This document shows positions 53,801 to 62,394 of a stretch of 64,000 nucleotides of DNA, in pieces. This DNA comes from an uncultured cyanobacterium. GTDB lineage: Bacteria > Cyanobacteriota > Cyanobacteriia > Cyanobacteriales > CAWUOF01. Positions within the stretch are counted from its first letter, which is position 1. Every line of letters starts with the position of its first letter. The notes under the pieces were generated by a model. It was not told the origin of the DNA. It worked only from the letters and a program-made list of their open reading frames with translations, and ran no database searches. The translations under genes were made by a program, and so were the position numbers. The DNA is taken from the NCBI GenBank assembly GCA_963744145.1, contig CAVUSO010000001.1, forward strand, positions 3,680,001 through 3,744,000, written 5' to 3'.

Positions 53801-54111
53801 TCTTCTGCCCACCAAGTCAAGATTAAACGTAAACTTAATCCTGCTGGGGAATAACCTTGTAAATCCTGGGGAACAACTAATTTCTGAAATAACCATAATT
53901 CTTGACAACCGGACTGCCATGTGATATGACCTTGATCATTAAGCGTAGCGATCGGCAAAATTTGCCAAGGTTCTGACGTAAGAGTCCAGGTAATCGGTAA
54001 GTCTTCGGAGCAATAAAACCAGTGAGCCAAAACATCAACTTGACTTAACCTGTGTAATTGCTCAATCGTTTCACCAATTTGGATACTTAGGTCGGAAATC
54101 GAGGTACTCAT
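50842..54111 (-). CDS. Alpha-mannosidase (GH38)
   Basis: GHAHLDLAWLW, WLPDSFG, LYLEFHRG, NQFHDILPGS. Confidence 0.92.
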   Translation of the reverse strand: MSTSISDLSIQIGETIEQLHRLSQVDVLAHWFYCSEDLPITWTLTSEPWQILPIATLNDQGHITWQSGCQELWLFQKLVVPQDLQGYSPAGLSLRLILTWWAEDAQIFVNGKLVHRGDLFDASIRLLLSESVTITDEFLVGIRLVSPSHDRGALTRSLCLFSRDDGDFLTPAPSLVADELAVLQTYFTTLAPAKLDLLAVAITQIDWTALPDRVLFERSLVLLRQKLLELVQEFPLKQREIFLLGHAHLDLAWLWPVSETWSAAQRTFTSVLQLQQDFSDLIFCHTTPALYAWIEANRPDLFAAIKESVTNGRWELVGGMWVEPDLNLIDGESICRQILYGQRYIQAKFGQLMTVAWLPDSFGFCWQLPQLLSQGGIEYFVTQKLCWNDTNKFPHGAFWWRSPDGSQIFSLMSALIGTDTDPVKMANYACEWEQQTNLLSALWLPGVGDCGGGPSRDMLEVARVWQHSPFFPQVSYSTAAAYLQKIKTTLTCDRDPQDVPVWDSELYLEFHRGCYTTHAEQKRWNRYSEGLLYQAELFASLVTLLTGDSYPHQELETAWQKMLFNQFHDILPGSAIPQVYRDADQDWFIVKQIGLQILNQSLLAIANLVTLPSPPTLAAIPIVVFNPLNWERSAVVTIQLPPAIPSQHWIVSDATGTILLSQLFNENTLLFRAIGVPSIGYRVFWIYPQPSETLGISLDQGEFTEKRTEIRQYNISSPLDYQTLAKKSILPTKDWILENELLRVIVDGETGNISSMFDQIEEREICGEGGCNQLQVFADSGQYWDAWNIDPNYEQHPLPAPRVTDIFWVETGPIQWRLRIIRQLAESEFCQDYILESGSPILKIATTVDWRSRHQLVKAAFNFTVKSDIATYEIPVGAIARSTSPTTTADQAKWEVPALRWADLSDEHYGVSILNDCKYGYDAKPNQLRLTLLRSPIWPDPEADQGKHEFAYGIYPHGGNWKKAKTVHRGYEFNFPLQPIALPENLPTKTSPNLPLLGKLLDLQGENLILMALKQAETDPQRWVLRCYEWVGEATQLKLGGEVGLVIDEAIDILERSVTAVTLPNSEFWPIAPWKISSFAVLSPIAIST

Positions 54112-54140
54112 ATTTCAGTAACAGAAAGTTTTAGAATTAT

Positions 54141-55187
54141 TTGATCTATACCATTAACCCGATCATGTCTTCTCTACCTGGTTCCTATCAAAGCAAACTA
54201 TTTAATTTTCTATCACAGCAATCCCGAAAATTAGCTGAAAAAGTTCAACTTGCTACCCGACAATTAAAAGTCGCTGTGGTTTGGGGAGTACAGTTGCTAA
54301 TTTACCCCATTTATGCCTTATTTCAAACTAGTCGTCTAGTGAGAAAACAGATCCAGTCCTCATCAGTCCCAGAATCATCCCCATCTCCTGACCAAACTGC
54401 TGATCAACCGCTCCTCAGTCCAGCAGAATTAACCAAACCCATCTCATTACCAGCAGAAATCTTCCAAGAAACCATGTCTTGGGAACAAAATAGTCAAATC
54501 GCAAAATTATTAAATCTGTTTGGAGAATCAAGTTTAACCATCACCGACCAATCAGCATTAGTTAAGAGTGCATATCATAATTTGTCAATTTCGTCAACAA
54601 CTAGAACATTATCAACATCTCACTCTAATGAATCAGAAGAATTTTTAGAAATGAAAAACCAAGCTTTAATTAAAGCAGCGATCGACTATTTTTTTAGCGA
54701 TCGCAATCAACCCTTAATCAATAGTAGTCAGTCAATTAATAATCCAGTCGATGAAGATCCTTGGTTAACCGAGACAGATTTATTTGGAGAATCAGTAACA
54801 GCAGAGAAGGAAGAAACCAAAAGTGATGGAAAATTACCCAATTCTCTGATCATTACCAACTATCTAACTGGGACAAATAATCCCCCTCCAATAGCAGCTT
54901 TACCTCAATTCATTCAACCGGAAATAATTGCTCAACCACAGAGCAGACAAAATCAGTCAAATTCCCAGCATGAACAAGCAAATCAGAAGATATCCCAAAC
55001 AACCAACAACCAAATCATTACCCAAACACCAAAATTAGATTCGATCGAAACTCCAGCAACTCCCATCGGTTATGAGAAACATCTGCTTGAACAAATCCTA
55101 GAATGGCTAGATCAGGGGATATTATTTTTAGAAAAACTCTCTTTAAAACTTTGGCAATGGATTAAAACTAATTGGATTAAGAAATAA
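54141..55187 (+). CDS. Conserved hypothetical protein
   Basis: YQSKLFNF.. and GYEKH.LE..L.WLD ends, low-complexity middle; start may be 54165. Confidence 0.7.
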   Translation: MIYTINPIMSSLPGSYQSKLFNFLSQQSRKLAEKVQLATRQLKVAVVWGVQLLIYPIYALFQTSRLVRKQIQSSSVPESSPSPDQTADQPLLSPAELTKPISLPAEIFQETMSWEQNSQIAKLLNLFGESSLTITDQSALVKSAYHNLSISSTTRTLSTSHSNESEEFLEMKNQALIKAAIDYFFSDRNQPLINSSQSINNPVDEDPWLTETDLFGESVTAEKEETKSDGKLPNSLIITNYLTGTNNPPPIAALPQFIQPEIIAQPQSRQNQSNSQHEQANQKISQTTNNQIITQTPKLDSIETPATPIGYEKHLLEQILEWLDQGILFLEKLSLKLWQWIKTNWIKK

Positions 55188-55254
55188 AAGAATATCTGAT
55201 TAATTTCGCGATCGCCAATTGAAAAGAAGCAAAAGACGATCGTTTAAAATCAGG

Positions 55255-55494
55255 TTAATGCTTTTTACGTTTCTTAGGTTGAGAAGATTGATTATTCTGA
55301 TTTTGAGATTTAGAATTGAGGGAGGAATCATTTTGAGCTTTTTGTTTTCGTTCTTTTTGCATTTGCAATTTGACTAGACTAGATCTATCTAATTGTTTAG
55401 CAGTGGAAGCTGCATGAGCAGGAAAAACCGTCAATGTCATGGTCAGGCTGAAAATCATTAAGATCATTAATAAAAAAGCAATTGTAGATTTCAT
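55255..55494 (-). CDS. Small exported basic protein
   Basis: AGGAG RBS, signal peptide ending AHA. Confidence 0.6.
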   Translation of the reverse strand: MKSTIAFLLMILMIFSLTMTLTVFPAHAASTAKQLDRSSLVKLQMQKERKQKAQNDSSLNSKSQNQNNQSSQPKKRKKH

Positions 55495-55951
55495 TTGTTC
55501 TCCTTTTTCCTATTTTCATTAGATTGATCAGATTTTGAGAGAAATTATTGATTTTTTTTGAACTGGACGATCGCTGTTCTATTATTTTGATCACAAGACC
55601 AAAACCTAGTCCTTGATATTTTTACTTATGGGTCATTTCCTCAGATCATAGTCTATTAACAGAGTAGCTTGATTAGGTTCAACCAACCACCTCGAACCAG
55701 AAAATTTTGATCAGCTTAAAGATATCTTCGCTTCACCATAATTACCTGTTTATTTTTGAACAGTGGGACTTTTAGTTATGGATAACGAGAAGACAAACAA
55801 GAAATCAAGCTGGTGGTCAATTTTCACCAGGTCCTAAGTATTGCTAGAAAATAATCAGCAAAAACGAGCAACATTATCGGTATGATAAAAAAGTTAATTT
55901 GTCTTCATCGTCAAATACCCAAATTCTCATATTTCGGGAGAGATCCATACC

Positions 55952-56068
55952 ATGCTTACCCTCAAGATAGTTGTAAATATCGTGGTCGCTTTCTTTGTCC
56001 TCATATTCATATTTGGATTTTTAAACAACGACCCAGCACGGAACCCAAAACGTCAAGACTTAGAATAA
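55952..56068 (+). CDS. psbI: Photosystem II protein I (missing from ORF track)
   Basis: [38 protein letters not shown]. Confidence 0.95.
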   Translation: MLTLKIVVNIVVAFFVLIFIFGFLNNDPARNPKRQDLE

Positions 56069-56173
56069 TCCCATATACTTATCCTTCAGGTTATGCTCAG
56101 AGCGATTGGTCCTGCGTCCTGTAACCTAATGTCAGGTCGTTTTGGTTTTCTATTAAAACCTTTTTGCTGAAAT

Positions 56174-58753
56174 ATGCCATATCTGGTCCCATCGTCTGAA
56201 CCGTCTGCTCTAGTCCAGACCGTATTACCTGAGGATGCAACCCATTCAATTATACCAGGGGCGATCGCGGCACCGCAGGTGTCGTCGAAGCCCTTATCTT
56301 TCATTCCAGGATCTGTCACTAAAACAACTGGGAAAAAATCTGCGGCAATCTTAGGGTCGCCGATCGAATTACAATATTCAACTTCACCACCAGAAGACTC
56401 AGCTCTAGGTAAGTCAGAAGTAAATAGCACAGCTCCACTTCCACCCTTACCAATCTTCAAAAATTCAGAATCAACTCCCTCTTTAGAGGAAAAAGTCCCA
56501 GATCCAGTGTTCAAACCAGCTAATAACTGGAAATTAGCACCGATTTGGTCAGAAAAAACTCCAGAAGTAGACAATAAAACCGAACCATTATTGGTAACAG
56601 GGTCGGAGCGTGTAGTATATCAGATCAAATTTCCGAATTTGCCCCCAGCACCATCTCAGTTAAGTGAAAATATTACCCCATCTGCAACCACCAATAAAGT
56701 TACTCAACCCACCAACACCCAAATTCCTGTACCTGTACTCGTAAGTCCAGAAGGTACAATAGAAATAACCGCAGATCATCAAACTTTTGACTCATTCCAT
56801 CAAGTTGTGACAGCTGAAGGAAAAGTTTTAATGCGCTTTCAAGGGGGAGTGATCGATGCGGACCGCTTACAGATAAATTTAGTGAGCCGTCAAGCGATCG
56901 CCGAAGGAAACGTCTCTTTAGCGCGTGGGGATCAACTCCTGCAAGGAGAGAGAGTAGAATTTAACTTTGTTCAAGGTGGTGGTGTCGTTGAGAAAGCTAG
57001 GGGAGAACTGTTTATTCCTTCGAGTGGGGGAGATTTTTCGCCCTATATTTTACCGACAGATGTCAATGCTAATGTATTTTCTAGTCGTCCTTTAAGCGAT
57101 CGCATCCGGGAAAATGAACCGCTCCAGGGAGTCAATAGTCCTGGTGGAATTCAAATTGGTGGTGGTAGTGAAGCTCGTCCGATGCGTCTACCGGGTCAAG
57201 TCACAGAAGTGAGACGTTTACGGTATGAAGCGGAAAAAGTGGAATTTACACCAAGATTTTCGATTGGTAGAAACGTGCGGATTACGAATGACCCTTTTTC
57301 ACCCCCAGAAGTAGAAGCACAAGCAGATGTAGCGACATTCAAACGTTTGACACCATTTCAAGACGAGGTTAGTGCTAAAAATGCCCGTTTAGTATTCGAT
57401 CAAGGGTTTTCCTTACCTTTATTATTAAGTAGAACTGTGATCGATCGACGCGGAAGGAGTGGTACGGGTTATCTATTTGGTTATGACGGTTCTGAGCGAG
57501 GTGGGTTATATTTCCAAAAAACCTTTGAGATATTTTCGGTTCCCCTCAATAATCCAACAACTACCCCAGTAACAACTCAACGATTAACTCAACCAACAAC
57601 CGCAGCAACAACTCAATCACCCACTCAACCAACAACCGCAGCAACAACTCAACCACCCACTCAAACCACAACTCAACTACTGACTCAACCACCGACTCAA
57701 AATATTACTCTTTCCCTCACACCGCAATTTTTGCTACAAAAAGCACTGTCAAGTAATTTTAATCTTTTTGACACTGGCAATTACGGTCTCAAAGGTAATT
57801 TAGACATTAACTTAGGTGATAATAACCGCATCGGTGGGATCGCCATTTTCTCAAATTTGGGCAATCAGTCTCTGCAAAATACTCTACGAGCTAATATACA
57901 TTGGCGTCATTTACTATCATCGGGCTATATAATTGCTGCTGAATACTCCTTTCGCGATCGGGTCTATAATGGCTCTTTAGGATATCGAACGATTCAAAGC
58001 AGCATCGGTGCTTATGTCACCTCACCGATTATTCCTTTGTGGAAAACCGGGGTTAACCTTAGTTTTCAGGGATCAATTCAAGGAATCAATTCGGAAACAG
58101 ATCGTCCAGCTTTGCTGTTACAACAACCTCCTGCTGTCAACAATCGTGTCAGTTTGAGTCGTTTTCAAGCAAGTGTAGCGCTTTCCCGTGGATTTACACT
58201 GTGGAAAGGAAAAAAATTACCAGCTACTCCTACCCAAGGACTGCGATATACAGCTAATCCAGTTTTACCCTATATCACTTTAGTAACTGGACTAACCGGG
58301 ATTACCAGTGATTATAGTGATGGAGAAAAGCAAAATGCAGTGCTAGGAACAGTGGGGATTGTTGGTCAATTTGGTCACTTTTCGCGCAAATATTTAGACT
58401 CTACCGGATTTAGCGCTATTTATTCCCAATACTTTACCCAAGGTCAATCTCCCTTTTTGTTTGATCGGATTGCTGATGTTCGAGTTCTCTCTGTAGGAAT
58501 CACCCAGCAAATTTATGGTCCATTTCGGTTCGGATATCAAACAGCCATCAACTTAGATACCAATAAACAAATTAATAGTGATTACATCATCGAATATAGT
58601 CGCAGAACCTACGGAATTATCTTGCGCTATAACCCCAATCAGCAAATTGGCTCTTTAAACCTACGGATCAGTGATTTTAACTGGACAGGGGGTACTGATC
58701 CCTTTGATCAGAATTTTCGCTCAATAGAAGGTGGTGTCATCCGTTCTCAATAA
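56174..58753 (+). CDS. DUF3769 / LptD(OstA)-like protein
   Basis: ITADHQ..AEGKV, RITNDPF.PPE, YSRRTYG..LRYNP; downstream of psbI. Confidence 0.8.
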   Translation: MPYLVPSSEPSALVQTVLPEDATHSIIPGAIAAPQVSSKPLSFIPGSVTKTTGKKSAAILGSPIELQYSTSPPEDSALGKSEVNSTAPLPPLPIFKNSESTPSLEEKVPDPVFKPANNWKLAPIWSEKTPEVDNKTEPLLVTGSERVVYQIKFPNLPPAPSQLSENITPSATTNKVTQPTNTQIPVPVLVSPEGTIEITADHQTFDSFHQVVTAEGKVLMRFQGGVIDADRLQINLVSRQAIAEGNVSLARGDQLLQGERVEFNFVQGGGVVEKARGELFIPSSGGDFSPYILPTDVNANVFSSRPLSDRIRENEPLQGVNSPGGIQIGGGSEARPMRLPGQVTEVRRLRYEAEKVEFTPRFSIGRNVRITNDPFSPPEVEAQADVATFKRLTPFQDEVSAKNARLVFDQGFSLPLLLSRTVIDRRGRSGTGYLFGYDGSERGGLYFQKTFEIFSVPLNNPTTTPVTTQRLTQPTTAATTQSPTQPTTAATTQPPTQTTTQLLTQPPTQNITLSLTPQFLLQKALSSNFNLFDTGNYGLKGNLDINLGDNNRIGGIAIFSNLGNQSLQNTLRANIHWRHLLSSGYIIAAEYSFRDRVYNGSLGYRTIQSSIGAYVTSPIIPLWKTGVNLSFQGSIQGINSETDRPALLLQQPPAVNNRVSLSRFQASVALSRGFTLWKGKKLPATPTQGLRYTANPVLPYITLVTGLTGITSDYSDGEKQNAVLGTVGIVGQFGHFSRKYLDSTGFSAIYSQYFTQGQSPFLFDRIADVRVLSVGITQQIYGPFRFGYQTAINLDTNKQINSDYIIEYSRRTYGIILRYNPNQQIGSLNLRISDFNWTGGTDPFDQNFRSIEGGVIRSQ

Positions 58754-58868
58754 TTAAAGATTTAAAATCTAAAATCGTTTACCCTGGGATTGTTGTAATT
58801 ATGTGATCGTCAGTTTGTCATCAAACTGGCTAATTTTATCTGCTTGATGACGCTTTTACCTATGACCC

Positions 58869-59678
58869 ATGACCGAATTGGCAAAGGGATCGACCGAACT
58901 GGCAAAAGATGATGCAGCGAATAGCGCAGCAAATTTACTCATCCACTACAGTTTTGACCTAAGTGGTCTTTCTGCTGATCTATTGATCTCCGGGTGGTTG
59001 AGACAACATCAGGCTAATTGGGTACGTCTAGCCGTAATTGAGGCACTATATCAAGGACGTTATAAAGCTGTCTCTGTTGAACAAATATTGGCTTTTTGGC
59101 ACCGACGGGGACAACCTTTATATCATTTCAATCATGAATTTGAGCGTTTGGTCAGCAGTAAACTTCCTCAAAATCTAGTTGCTAAACCAGAACTTACTCC
59201 AGAGGTTTCGAGTTTATCTAATTCAGTCCCGATCGCTCCGCTTGATTTAGCCCAAATATCCCCCCTGGTAAATAATCCTAGTCTTGCAGTTCCAGAAATT
59301 AGATCTGTGATCGAAACTTCATTAGAGTCCCATCGTGATGTGACTGAGTTGATTTCCCAGATCTCTGCACCTGAACAAGTTTCGGATCAAATTATTCCCA
59401 GCGCATCTCAACCAACTGCACCATTAACCGAGATGGAACTTCCCTTACCCTCTGTTGAACCAACACCTGTCATGAAAATCCCATCTCGATCGATCCCTCA
59501 ACTAAACCAAGAACCTGTACCACCATTGTCGGAAACTGGGGAAGTGCGCGATCGCAAATCTATCCCTCAGTTTACTCCTACTGCCAATACTTCTCCCTTT
59601 TATGACAAACTCAAATCTGTCGCGGACCATAATCAAGTTGATGGGATTGACCAAAAAACTCCTAAGCATGAAACTTAA
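58869..59678 (+). CDS. Conserved cyanobacterial hypothetical protein
   Basis: WVRLAVIEALYQGRYKAVSVEQIL. Confidence 0.75.
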   Translation: MTELAKGSTELAKDDAANSAANLLIHYSFDLSGLSADLLISGWLRQHQANWVRLAVIEALYQGRYKAVSVEQILAFWHRRGQPLYHFNHEFERLVSSKLPQNLVAKPELTPEVSSLSNSVPIAPLDLAQISPLVNNPSLAVPEIRSVIETSLESHRDVTELISQISAPEQVSDQIIPSASQPTAPLTEMELPLPSVEPTPVMKIPSRSIPQLNQEPVPPLSETGEVRDRKSIPQFTPTANTSPFYDKLKSVADHNQVDGIDQKTPKHET

Positions 59679-60185
59679 TTATTTTTTGACACCCATGCGA
59701 ATTTCTGAGTAAAAAGAAGCAATGCTAAAACCATTTTGATCTTTGATCACGCTAGTCCGTTGGCGTAAATTGGGACTAGCAAACCACAGACATTCTTCAG
59801 TATACATACTGTCTGTTTCGGTAATTAAGGTGAGAACTTGATCATGACTCAAACTATAACGACTGATCTCACCAGTTTTTTGTAACATTTTTCCTTGGTT
59901 GGCTTGTTCTTGATCGGGAATTGTCACTAGAATAGTGGCACCAGTTTGTTTTTTTTCGGACTGACCTAAAGTCCCATCCCACTTGACACGCCAACCACCA
60001 GATGATAAAGCTGGATCAATTTGATATTGTTGGCAAAGTTGAGTTACATCCGGATCGTTGTGGTCGAGAAATTCTATCTGTAGCTCTGATTTACCTGCTT
60101 CCATTTGCTGGGAATTGAGATCGTGACTGGTGCGTTGTGACAACCATTTACCAGCATTCTGTTTGAAAAATTCAACTATGTCCAT
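59679..60185 (-). CDS. CpcS/CpeS-family phycobiliprotein lyase
   Basis: EFF...AGKW.SQRT.H; WFASPNLR.R; SFYSEIR. Confidence 0.85.
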   Translation of the reverse strand: MDIVEFFKQNAGKWLSQRTSHDLNSQQMEAGKSELQIEFLDHNDPDVTQLCQQYQIDPALSSGGWRVKWDGTLGQSEKKQTGATILVTIPDQEQANQGKMLQKTGEISRYSLSHDQVLTLITETDSMYTEECLWFASPNLRQRTSVIKDQNGFSIASFYSEIRMGVKK

Positions 60186-60268
60186 TAATTGGGAAATTCC
60201 GGGTCACTGTTTTTTTGCATAATTATAATACTAATCTGAAGTTGGCAAATCAATCTTTGTGATTAATC

Positions 60269-61210
60269 ATGGCTCATGTTTTGGGGATTGATGGAGGAGG
60301 AACAAAAACTATTTGTGTCCTGATGGATCAATTCGGTACAGTTCTAAGTCGTGGGGAAGGTGGACCAGGTAATTATCAGTCTGTTGGTGTGGAAGTGGTT
60401 TCTACCTCGATTCAGATCGCGATCGCTACTTGTCTGGAAAATTATCCTCATGTCCCCATTACGGGAGTCTGTTTAGGATTAGCAGGTGTAGGTCGTTCAG
60501 AAGATGTGCAAGTGATTGAGAAATTGTGGCAATCTTTACCTAGCACCATAGCTGGAAATTGGTACTTAGGCGCAGATTCCGTCAGGATTTGTAGTGATAG
60601 TGCGATCGCATTGGTAGGTGGATTGGGTCATGGAGCAGGAATAGTCGCGATCGCTGGTACTGGTTCTCAAGTATTTGGACGTAATCCTCTGGGAAAAACT
60701 AAGCGTACTGGTGGTTGGGGTTATCTTTTAGGGGATGAAGGGAGTGCTTATTATATTGCTATCCGTGGTTTACAAGCGGTTTTGAGATCTGATGATGGAC
60801 GTTTATCACCAACCCAGTTAAGCCAATGTTTACAGCAGAAATTAGGTTTAAATACTTTAGCAGATTTAATCCCCTTAGTTTATCGTAGTGGTTGGGGTGT
60901 CAAGGAAATTGCTGCTTTAGCACCGTTCGTTGATCAAGTTGCAGCTCAGGGTGATCCGGTCGCGATCGAGATTATTAATAGTGCAGTCGCTGAGTTAGTT
61001 TTAGCTGTTAAAGTTGTCATCACTGATTTATTTGAGCGATCGGAGACTTTGACCATTGTCACGAGTGGTAGGGTGTGGTATAGTTTAGCTAATTTGCGCG
61101 ATCGCTTTATTACTTCCATCAGAGCGATCGCACCTTTAGCCCAGGTAATTTGGCCCATAAACGAACCAGCTTATGGTGCTGGTTTAATTGCATTGCAAAA
61201 GATTTTTTAA
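60269..61210 (+). CDS. BadF/BadG/BcrA/BcrD family ATPase (N-acetylglucosamine kinase-like)
   Basis: GIDGGGTKT, IAGTGS, GGWGYLLGDEGS. Confidence 0.88.
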   Translation: MAHVLGIDGGGTKTICVLMDQFGTVLSRGEGGPGNYQSVGVEVVSTSIQIAIATCLENYPHVPITGVCLGLAGVGRSEDVQVIEKLWQSLPSTIAGNWYLGADSVRICSDSAIALVGGLGHGAGIVAIAGTGSQVFGRNPLGKTKRTGGWGYLLGDEGSAYYIAIRGLQAVLRSDDGRLSPTQLSQCLQQKLGLNTLADLIPLVYRSGWGVKEIAALAPFVDQVAAQGDPVAIEIINSAVAELVLAVKVVITDLFERSETLTIVTSGRVWYSLANLRDRFITSIRAIAPLAQVIWPINEPAYGAGLIALQKIF

Positions 61211-61221
61211 AAATTTTGGCT

Positions 61222-61890
61222 CTACAATTCAGACAGGCGTTTTAGTGATAAGGTGGCGCTGGTAGCCACTTGAGGATTTGGATCTTTTTCCAGGTATTTT
61301 AAAGCAGAAATGCTCTTGGGACTAAGCAGATTTCCTAAAGACTCAGCTAAACGTTGTCTGACTAACCAATCATCCGATTGAGCAAATCGCAAAATCTGAT
61401 CAACGGATTCTACCGCTTTAATTTCTCCTAAAGCAGCGATCGCTGCTTGTTGAATAACTGTTTCCTGGCTATCTAAAGCTACAATTAAGACCTCATAAGC
61501 ACGAGCATCTTTGAGATTACCTAACGCGACTGCGGCACTAAAGCGAACTAACCAGTGAGAATCTTCATAAAAAGCTCTGGTTAAAGGCTCAAGGGAACGG
61601 GGATCTTCCAAATATCCTAACGCACCTGCGGCACCTGCGCGAATGCCATAATCAGGATCTGTGGTTAGTAGTTGGACTAGAATGGGATAGCATTCTACGG
61701 TGGGTTTTAACCCCAGCGCAAATACTGCCATTGAACGTACTTGCAGATTATCATCATCCAAAACTTTTTTAATTAAGGGGACAGCCGCTGCTGCGGGGAC
61801 ATCTCGTAAGGACGCAAGTCCTAACAGCCGATCGCGGGAATTTTTACTATCTAGTTGGGCCGAAATTTGCTCTAGGGTCAAAGAATTCAT
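61222..61890 (-). CDS. nblB: HEAT-repeat phycobilisome degradation protein NblB
   Basis: AVPLIKKVL.D..LQVRSMAVFALG, WLVRFSAAVALG. Confidence 0.8.
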   Translation of the reverse strand: MNSLTLEQISAQLDSKNSRDRLLGLASLRDVPAAAAVPLIKKVLDDDNLQVRSMAVFALGLKPTVECYPILVQLLTTDPDYGIRAGAAGALGYLEDPRSLEPLTRAFYEDSHWLVRFSAAVALGNLKDARAYEVLIVALDSQETVIQQAAIAALGEIKAVESVDQILRFAQSDDWLVRQRLAESLGNLLSPKSISALKYLEKDPNPQVATSATLSLKRLSEL

Positions 61891-61951
61891 GGGATTAAAT
61901 TAGTTGTTACAAAAATTTACATTTCCATTTCCCATTATAGTTAGAACTGAC

Positions 61952-62040
61952 GGCGTTGCTTAATCAGGGTATGAAAATCCTGTAGGGGCGGGCCATGCGT
62001 CCCTACAAATTATTTATTCAGACCGTAAATCAGCAACGCC
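61952..62040. mobile_element. 89-bp MITE with 8-bp target-site duplication
   Basis: TIR GGCGTTGCT/AGCAACGCC; GAACTGAC at 61944-61951 and 62041-62048. Confidence 0.85.
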
Positions 62041-62107
62041 GAACTGACATATTGACAGGGTGATATTTTAATTGATAGAATATAAATAAGTATGGTTTAG
62101 ATCACCA

Positions 62108-62238
62108 TAGGGTGAAGCATTCGGGCAATAATTGAGCGATAAAACTTTACCCAGAGTGTTCCCTGAGTGTAGTCGAAGGGCGTAGTCGAAAGGGGCGTAG
62201 TCGAAGGGGGGTAATATTATCCCCGAATGCTTCACCCT
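62108..62238. repeat. Palindromic REP-like element with nested short repeats
   Basis: AGGGTGAAGCATTCGGG/CCCGAATGCTTCACCCT arms; GTAGTCGAA x3 inside. Confidence 0.75.
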
Positions 62239-62394
62239 TCTTCTGCGCCGAGATCCTTTGCTGGATTAGGGGGCGTATTATTTTTGCGCCTCTACTTTTC
62301 GTTGGTTGCAGATTTAAATTTATCCAACAAATAAATCATCAACCTAGACCTCTATCTGGTAGTCCAATTGAACATATAGAAGATAACAAAAACT

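Noticed and set aside
55882..56124. 80-aa ORF in the track
   Set aside because: Overlaps psbI in another frame; psbI is the recognisable gene
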